From the human T2T-CHM13v2.0 reference genome, Homo sapiens: DNA of 64,000 nucleotides. Positions 51,458 through 64,000 of this stretch are shown in pieces; within the stretch, counting starts at the first letter, position 1; each line of letters starts with the position of its first letter. The notes below the pieces were generated by a model. That model saw only the letters and a program-made list of their open reading frames with translations, was not told the origin of the DNA and made no database searches. Made by a program: the position numbers and the translations under genes. The stretch lies in assembly GCF_009914755.1 (NCBI RefSeq), contig NC_060930.1, one strand, 5' to 3'.

Positions 51458-52032
51458 TGCCAAGGCTTGAGTAGGTAAACAAAGCAGCCGGGAAGCTCGA
51501 ACTGGATGAAGCCCACCACAGCTCAAGGAGGCCTGCCTGCATCTATAGGCTCCACCTCTGGGGGCAGGGCACAGACAAACAAAAGGCAGCAGTAACCTCT
51601 GCAGACTTAAATGTCCCTGTCTGACAGCTTTGAAGAGAATAGTGGTTCTCCCAGCACGCAGCTTGAGATCTGAGAACGGGCAGACTGCCTCCTCAAGTGG
51701 GTCCCTGATCCCCAAGTAGCCTAACTGGGAGGAACCCCCGCATAGGGGTGGACTGACAACTCACATGGCCGGGTACTCCTCTGAGACAAAACTTCCAGAG
51801 GAACAATCAGGCAGCAGGGTTTGCGGTTCACCAATATCCGCTGGTCTGCAGCCACCGCTGCTGACACCCAGGCAAATAGGGTCTGGAATGGACCTCCAGC
51901 AAACTCCAACAGACCTGCAGTTGAGGGTCCTGACTGTTAAAAGGAAAACTAACAAACAGAAAAGACATCCACAGCAAAAACCCATCTGTACGTCACCATC
52001 ATCAAAGACCAAAGGTAGATAAAACCACAAAG

Positions 52033-53044
52033 ATGGGGTAAAAACAGAGCAGAAACACCAGAAACTCTAAAAATCAGAGCGCCTCTCCTCCTCCAAAGGA
52101 ATGCAGCTCCTCACCAGCAATGGAACAAAGCTGTACAGAGAATGACTTTGACGAGTTGAGAGAAGAAGGCTTCAGAACATCAAACTACCCCGAGCTAAAG
52201 GAGGAAGTTCGAACCAATGGCAAAGAAGTTAAAAACCTTTAAAAAAATTAGACAAATGGCTAACTAGAATAACCAAACAGAGAAGTCCTTAAAGGACCAG
52301 ATGAAGCTGAAAACTATGGCACAAGAACTACGTGACGAATACAAAAGCCACAGTAGCCAATGCAATCAACTGGAATAAAGGGTATCAGTGATGGAAGACG
52401 AAATGAATGAAATGAAGCAAGAAGAGAAGTTTAGAGAAAAAAGAATAAAAAGAAATGAACAAAGCCTCCAAGAAATAGGGGACTATGTGAACAGACCAAA
52501 TCTGCGTCTGACTGGGGTAACTGAAAGTGACGGGGAGAATGGAACTAAGTTGGAAAACACTCTGCAGGATATTATCCAGGAGAAATTCCCCAATCTAGCA
52601 AGGTAGGCCAACATTCAAATTCAGGAAATACAGAGAACACCACAAAGATACTCCTCGAGAAGAGCAACTCCAAGACACATAATTGTCAGATTCACCAAAG
52701 TTGAAATGAAGGAAAAAATGTTAAGGGCAGCCAGAGAGGAAGGTCGGGTTACCCACAAAGGGAAGCCCATCAGACTAACAGCTGATCTCTCGGCAGAAAC
52801 TCTACAAGCCAGAAGAGAGTGGGGGCCAATATTCAACATTCTTAAAGAAAAGAATTTTCAACCCAGAATTTCATATCCAACCAAACTAAGCTTCATAAGT
52901 GAAGGAGAAATAAAATCCTTTACAGACAACAAATGCTGAGAGATGTTGTCACCACCAGGCCTGCCCTACAAGAGCTCCTGAAGGAAGCACTAAACATGGA
53001 AAGGAACAACCGGTACCAGCCACTGCAAAAACATGACAAACTAA
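52033..53044 (+). pseudogene. L1 ORF1p, disrupted
   Basis: ATG GGG TAA puts a stop at codon 3, with further stops and frameshifts. Fragments include EEKFREKRIKRNEQSLQE and ARREWGPIFNILKEKNFQPRISYP. Confidence 0.95.
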
Positions 53045-53107
53045 AGAACATCAATGCTAGGAAGAAACTGCATCAATTAACGAGCAAAATAACCAGCTAA
53101 CATCATA

Positions 53108-56920
<3,813 letters not shown>

Positions 56921-57678
56921 AGAATGAGAACACATGGATACAGGAAGGGGAACATCACACACCGGGGCCTGTTGTGGGGTGGGGGGAGGGGGAGGGATAG
57001 CATTAGGAGATATACCTAATGCTAAATGACAAGTTAGTGGGTGCAGCACACCAACATGGCACATGTATACATATGTAACAAACCTGCACGTTGTGCACAT
57101 GTACCCTAAAACTTAAAGTATAATAATAATAAAATTAAAAAAAAAAGTGGTGTTCCCAAATTTAGGGGGAAAGTTTTAAATATTTTGCCATTGAGCACAA
57201 TATTTGCTATAGACTTTTACAAATAGATACTCTCCATAAGATTAGGGAAATTCCTCCTGTTTCTGGGTTGCTAGAGGAGGTTCTCTTTTTTTCTTGTGTA
57301 AAAAAAACTGTGACTATATATTGAATTTTATCAAATTGTTCTCCTGTATCTGTTAAAATTATTCTATTTTTGTTTGGCAAATATGATGAATTACATTAAT
57401 TTGACTTTAGATGTTAATTTTTGCATTCTTGGAACAAACTTAACATTGGCTCGTGTTTTTGCTTTCCTGTAACATCTTTGTCAAGTTTTGTTATTAAGGT
57501 GATACTGACCTAACAGGAAAAGTAGGAAGTATTCACCCTTTTTCAATTTGCTGGGAGAGTTTGGTAGGGTTGGTGTTATTTCTTCCTTAAATATTTGGAG
57601 AAACTGCCTGGTGAAGCCATTTCAGCCCAGATATTTCTTTGTGAAATGTCTTTGAATTACACAGTTTCATTATTTGAC

Positions 57679-57830
57679 ATAGTATTGTTCAGGCTTTCTA
57701 TTTATTCCTGTGTCTTTCATGGTAAATTATTTCATGGTAAATTTTCAAAAATTGAATAGTATTGTTCAGGCTTTCTATTTATTCCTGTGTCTTTCATGGT
57801 AAATTATTTCATGGTAAATTTTCAAAAATT
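57679..57830. repeat. Perfect tandem duplication, 2 x 75 bp (period 77)
   Basis: 57679-57753 is identical to 57756-57830. Confidence 0.95.
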
Positions 57831-58661
57831 ACTTGGATTACTTTCTAAGCATCTTTCCCTCATACTACAAGGTAGTTGTGTTATTCCTTTGAAATACAGT
57901 AGGATCATTTTTTTCTGTCTCTATTCTGTTTAGAGTTGCCATGTCATTCGATTTTTGATGCATGTGTGTGTGCGTTTTCTTTTTTTGAGGAAATGAAATA
58001 TTAATATGGTTCTGAATGTTAGGTTCATGTAAAAAGGTCTTTCAAGAAAGGACTTCCCCAAGTCCTTCTATCCTATTCCCACTACTCTATCCTACTATAT
58101 CTTTCTTATTCCCTCTTTTTATTACACAAAAGGTAGCATATTTTGTTTATTCAATTTGATTCTTCTACTTAATATATTCTAAAAATCATTTCATATCAGT
58201 TGATAGAGATCTCCCTCTTCCTTTTCTATAGCTGCTCAGCACTCCATTTTGTGGATGTAACAAGTCTACATAACCATTCTCCCATGTATGAGCTTTTTGT
58301 TTCGTTCAAATATTTTTCAATTACAAACAATGTTGCAATGTGTTTTTGTATTGTAGAAAGTATATCCTAAGGATAATTTCCTGAAAATGGGATTGCTGGG
58401 TCAAAAGGTATTAATAAATTTATGTGTAGTTTTGTTATAAATTTCCACATTTCCTTCTAAAAGGATTGTACTTATTTGTACTCCCACTAAAAATGTGTGA
58501 GTGTACCTGTCTTGTCACAGTTGTGCCAACAGAATGTGTTATAACACATTTTAGTTTTTGTCAGTCTGATTGGTCATAAATGGTATCTGTGTGATCTTTA
58601 AATTTGTCTTTTTTCCTAATTATGAGTAAGATTGAATATCTTTTCCTAAGTTTAAGGGCCA

Positions 58662-59071
58662 CATTTTAGGCCATTTTTGCATTGCTATATAGGAATACCT
58701 AAGCTGGGTAATTTATTTTAAAATGAGGATTAATTGGTTTGTGGTTCTGCAGACTGTACAAGCATGGCACCAATATCTGCTCAGTTTTCTGAGGTAAGGG
58801 CCTAGGAAGCTTATAATCATGATAGAAGGTGATGGTGAGCCATCATGTCACATGGCAATGGCGAGAGCAAGAGAGAGAGAAGGAAGGGATCCCAGCCTCT
58901 TTTAAACAATTGGATTTCACATGAACTGACTGAGCAAGAACTCACTCATCACCAAGGGGATGGTTCTAAGCCATTCATGAGGGATCCACCTCCACGATCC
59001 AGTCACCTTCCAACACTGGGGATCATGTTTTGATGTGAGATTTGGAAGTGACAAACATCCAAACCATATCA
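58662..59071 (-). mobile_element. MSTB-type MaLR solo LTR
   Basis: Ends 'caaacatccaaaccatatca', with 5-bp TSD ggcca at 58657-61 and 59072-76. Confidence 0.9.
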
Positions 59072-59696
59072 GGCCATGTGTACATATTTTGTTTATCTAA
59101 ATTGACTGTGTATTTTGCCTATTAATTTAAGAAAGTCTTTGGTCTTTTTTGACTCAGTTTTGAACAGTTCTTTATATATTAGGGATATCAGCTCTTTGTG
59201 TTCTGTTGCAAATATTTTCTCCCAGTTTGTCAGAGAACTTTTGACTTTGTTTATAGGTGGGTTTTTTTCTTGCCATGCAGTTTTTTTTAAAAGCCTTTTT
59301 TGAAATCCAAGTTATTGATTTTTTAAAATTACAACTGGGTTTTAGGTCATAGAAAGTTTTCCTTTCTACATGCTATAGAGACATTTACTCATTTTTTTGT
59401 AGTGTTTGCATGGTTTTATATTTTTTACATGTAGGTCTCCAATCCATTTGGAGCTTGTTCCTGTATTTGATGTGATATAAAGATATACTTTTATCAGTTG
59501 TTCCAGCAATATTATTAAGGTGATGGGCTAAAAAGTTCATCTTTGCCCCAGTGATTTGAGATGCTACCTTTACCACATATTAAATTTCCATGTGTACTTG
59601 GATCTATGTCTTAACTTTCTATTCTAATACTGGTATGTTTGTCTAGTCATGTGCCAGTTCCTCAATGCTTAATTGTAGAGGTTAATGGTATGTTTC

Positions 59697-60004
<308 letters not shown>

Positions 60005-63000
60005 AGTATGTTTCAATGAGCTTCTTTTTAATATTAAAATTGGTCATTTGATTCATTTGTTATTACTTTTCCTAGATTATCTAAGAGCTCTGTTGTAGGG
60101 GAGTAGGGCCAAGTTTGCTGTTAATCAGACCTAAATATTCTGGTCATGCTTCCAAACACTAGGTGAAGATAAATTCAGGAAGTCCAATTATGTGCCAGAT
60201 ATTTGCTGCTGTGTTTTGGGCAAAGGTCAGATGACGTTTCTGAAAAGGTACCTCTGCAATTCCAGTGTCTTTGTGACCTGCTGCAGTGATGTTGCTGGTG
60301 GTCTACAGACTGTGTTAGCCCTAGGGTTTCCTTAAAATAATGCAGTTTTGTTTTGCTGGAAGTGTCTCTTCAGGTGAAATTAACAGAAGTGAGATTCTTG
60401 GCTCAAAAGGTACATGAGTATGTAATTTCGTTGCTATTGCCAAATTCTCTTCTAAATTATTATACTAGTTTGCATTCCTACCAGCAATGGATAAGAGCTC
60501 TTGTTTTCCCACAGCTTTGCCAACAAAATACACTGTCCTACACTTTTTAATTTTTGCTAGTCTGATGGGGGAGAAATGGCAACACTTGGCTGCAGCATTT
60601 TTCCCTCTGCAGATGCAGGATTGGGCAGCCGGGCTTCCACCCCAGAACACAGTGCAAGTGCATTATGCCACACTCCCTTCACTACCTGAAGCATCCCTGC
60701 AAGAGGCCCTTTGTGTCATCTTCTGGTAGCAAATCTCAGGTAGGAATAGTCCAGCCCAACAGAAAGGATCTTGTAATGACCTCAGAAGGCAAGTGGTCAT
60801 AGTCTTCATTCCAGTTCTCCCAAGGAATTGATATCTTTGCAAAATTGCTTAACCTCTACTCACCTTCCAGTACACAAACCAAGAAGTACCAAAAGGGGAA
60901 GACGTAATAAAGCACACAAGCTCCTGATATACTCTTGTACCAGGGAAATGACTTGACTTTCATTGACAGAAATAAGAAGGGCTATTTCCTGACTTTTTCT
61001 TAAAGACATCTCTGTGTACTAGGAGAAACAGCAACTACAATAACATTAAAATGGTGTTCCAATTTACTGATTATTCCACTGGTCCAAAAGATGCCACTTG
61101 TCGAAATCCTTTTCCAGCAGCAAGTGCCAGAGAATGTCCCAGACTGGCGGGTGCCTCTAAGTTAAGTACTACCTTCCAAGTGAGATCTATAGATAACTCC
61201 CAAGCAGTCTGGGGAATGGAGTGTCTAATTATGAAATCACTGGCTGATGTTGGAGGAAATGGTGAAACTTCTGAGAAATTGGGTGCCATGGCCTCTGTTA
61301 ATATCTGCCCTCAATGTATTTAACACAGAGATTTGCCAGCTAGCATAGAGTGAGCTTTTCACCCACACCCTGCCTCAAGGCTCTGGGGCCTCAGATGTTC
61401 CTCTCTGCAGTGAGAGAGCAGGGGAGACTCTTTGTTTCCTGCTAGTTGTGGCATCTTTCCTTGGTTCTCCCCCATTCTACTCAGCCAGCTCCAGATCCCT
61501 GGCAGCCCTGTGTGAGCTAACCTATTTTAACCCTGTCATGTCCTGCCTGATGTCACCTTCCCCAATCTTGGAAGATGCTGAGGGATCAAGGCAGTATACA
61601 TCTTCTTGTATACACAGAGAATTCTGGAATGGACTCCCCCACCTAGCAAGTGAATAGCTTCCTGGGAGACTTTTTAATAATTAAAATAGTGGAGCAGAGA
61701 GGCAGGGAGGAAGACAGGGAAGTGGGAGGCTTATAGGATGTAGCATGCTATAAAGCCTTCTAAATTCACTGGTGACCAGGCATAGTGGCAACTTGCCTAG
61801 TCGATTTCCATTCCAATCAGTTCTTTATTACTTAGTTGAGTATCCAGTTGATAGGTGAGCTGAGACCTTTAAATCATCCAAATTCTTGCCACCTGTGAAA
61901 GTTTTGTAGTCTGGCAAAAGGAACAATAAAACCAGTAACAAAATTGAATAATTTAAATTGTTTAGACATTTTAATTATCCCCATGTCTACTCTCAAATAG
62001 CTGTGTCTGGTGTACATTAATGATTATGCAAATATAAAGTATAAAACTAACCAGCTACTTTTTTTTGTACACGGTTTGAATCCCACAGATTAATAGTCCA
62101 ATTTCTCAAATAATAAAATACCAACACACATAAGCTAAGTACCTGGCACATAGTAACCACTCAAGTGGTTTTTGGAAGAGCTAGAGTTTTATGAAAAATT
62201 TTATGTGTAATTTCATACATGCCTTTTCTGGGGAGAGAGTTTATCACTATTTTCAATGAGCTATTACTCTGCTATCCCCACCCCAAAGGCTAGCAACAAC
62301 CAGGTTAGAGTATGGCATTATGCTTAATTTGTGTTACACATGTATTAAAGTAATAGACCTTCCATTATATAATCTCATACTTTTCCTAAGTATATATAAC
62401 ATGGTCTTTGCCATAATTATTAGCGACTATTCAAAACAATGAAAACAAAGATATAAGCAAATGTTAATTTAGTACATTAATAATGTTCTTGAACATTATT
62501 ATCTATTTAGCTTGAAAACATTCTTTTAATCCATTTTTTTCTTGCCAGTTGTCTTTTCTTAATGGTGTTACCTTCTAAGGATATTTACTTTAGAAAAAAT
62601 ATAAATTTTTACAAATATGAACCACAAAAGATTTTTAACTTTTTAAGAGTTTTTATGAATCATTAAACTGTTGGCAAGTACTAAGCCTATTACCAGAAAA
62701 TTCAGATCTTTTAGTACATAAAGTACTTATTTATTTGAAAACCAGGCTATTAAAGTAAGATGAGTATGGAAACGAATTATGAGATACCTATAGGAGTTTT
62801 TAGGGAACTATAATGACAGGCAAGATAAAGAGAAGAAACATGACAAAAATCTAAAGAATGAGTGAATGTTTGACATAATACAGCTCAAGGCCATATAAAT
62901 TACTTCCACCCAGAATTATTAATTTAAATTCCAGGACCTCAAGCAAAATGTCATAAAACAAGAAAAGACATGAAGTGCCTCTCTGGACTTCATTTGATCC

Positions 63001-63529
63001 ACAAAGAAGGATTTGGTGACAACATGGGAGTGACAGAAACAGGGAAAATTGGCCATGTCATCTTGGAGTTCACAAAAGTAAGAGAGTGCAGTGCTGGACA
63101 TTTTTGGACATACACTGCAGACTAACTTCAGAAAGTTCTAGGGAGAATCAGTATATGCCAACAGCCAGAGGTACAAAGGAAAAAAAAATGACTCATGAAG
63201 ATCAAAGATCCTGAGAAATGAAATTCTGACCATATATTAAAACAATTCACAGAGATGAGGTTGTGGGATGCCAGGGATGGACATCAGGAGAAGCCGGCAT
63301 GGCTGTGTAGGCAGCTCCCTAACAAGTCCAGGATTTTAAAGGACCTAAGTCAAAGATGGAGGAAAGCAAGGAAAAGCAAAGGCAAGGGCAAACAACAGTG
63401 CAAACTGTTAGGAATAGTGTCAGGGAAGTGAAAAATCAAAGTAAACCGAGACTTGAATTAAGAAAGAGAACAAAAGGGTTATCAGCCTAAAAATAACAAC
63501 ACTTGATAAATGTCAAGTTATGCAAACCA

Positions 63530-63650
63530 TGAAGTATATATTGTTATTTCCTCCATTTTATAGAGGAGAAAATTAAGGGGCAAACAGGCAATGTAGCTTC
63601 TACGGTATCATATAACGTGTAAATAGTGGAGCAGAGATTTCAAACAAGTT
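63530..63650 (-). mobile_element. MIR fragment
   Basis: 'ctccattttatagaggagaaaattaagg...gtaaatagtggagcagagatttcaaac'. Confidence 0.7.
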
Positions 63651-64000
63651 AAGAACTTCTATTTCCTATTCATATCTCCTTGCATGTGGAGGAACATCGT
63701 TTAACCTGGCCTTCTTCATCTCTCTCATCCTTCCACTGCGATGATGAAGGAGCAAACACCTGACTGATAAGTTTGGAGGGATAATTTATACTAACCAGCC
63801 CCTTCCTCCTTCTCTCTTGAGAGTTGACCCAGCAAGCACACGTCCTCAGATGCTCTCAGCCTTGAGATAACTTAGAGGTTAAGGCCTTGCTTCTTGGGAG
63901 AAGATCTGCAATAGCCCAGAGCTGCCTGTGACTGTCTGGGAAGGTCTGTCAAATCCTGGGTTGTAGCTCCAGCTCACTAGCTCCCAGACATGTCAAATAC

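Larger units (their letters stand above)
57147..59690 (-). mobile_element. Mosaic of old L1M fragments, interrupted by an MST LTR; more at about 60330-60590
   Basis: 'ttgaattttatcaaat', 'ggtgaagccatt', 'gggattgctgggtcaaaagg' and 'gttgcaaatattttctcccagtttgtc' are antisense L1 ORF2/3' motifs. Confidence 0.7.

Overview
Primate, almost certainly human, genomic DNA: it carries an AluYa5 identical to the consensus as I recall it. It is AT-rich, CpG-poor and intergenic or deep-intronic. I found no supportable host protein-coding gene, RNA gene or CpG-island promoter. Every recognisable protein fragment in the ORF track derives from LINE-1, Alu or microsatellite sequence. The window is a layered transposon record with about 19 Alu/FRAM copies, many MIR/L2/MaLR/ERVL relics and a solo LTR2 (HERV-E family). 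From about 34.7 to 60.6 kb it is almost wholly nested elements. These are a TSD-bounded, internally deleted L1PA15/16-type element on the minus strand inside a MIR, a complete two-LTR ERV1 provirus (LOR1-like, tRNA-Glu PBS, 4-bp TSD) and a full-length L1PA4 with dead ORF1/ORF2 but open antisense ORF0. The most unusual object is a 67-nt polyadenylated insert at 22137-22211 with a 15-bp TSD. It matches only the R region of a MER41 LTR and looks like an L1-made retrocopy of an LTR cap-to-poly(A) mini-transcript. Several templated-insertion and fold-back repair scars are also visible. Subfamily names come from recalled consensus sequences and need RepeatMasker/Dfam confirmation. I see no evidence of a new gene system.
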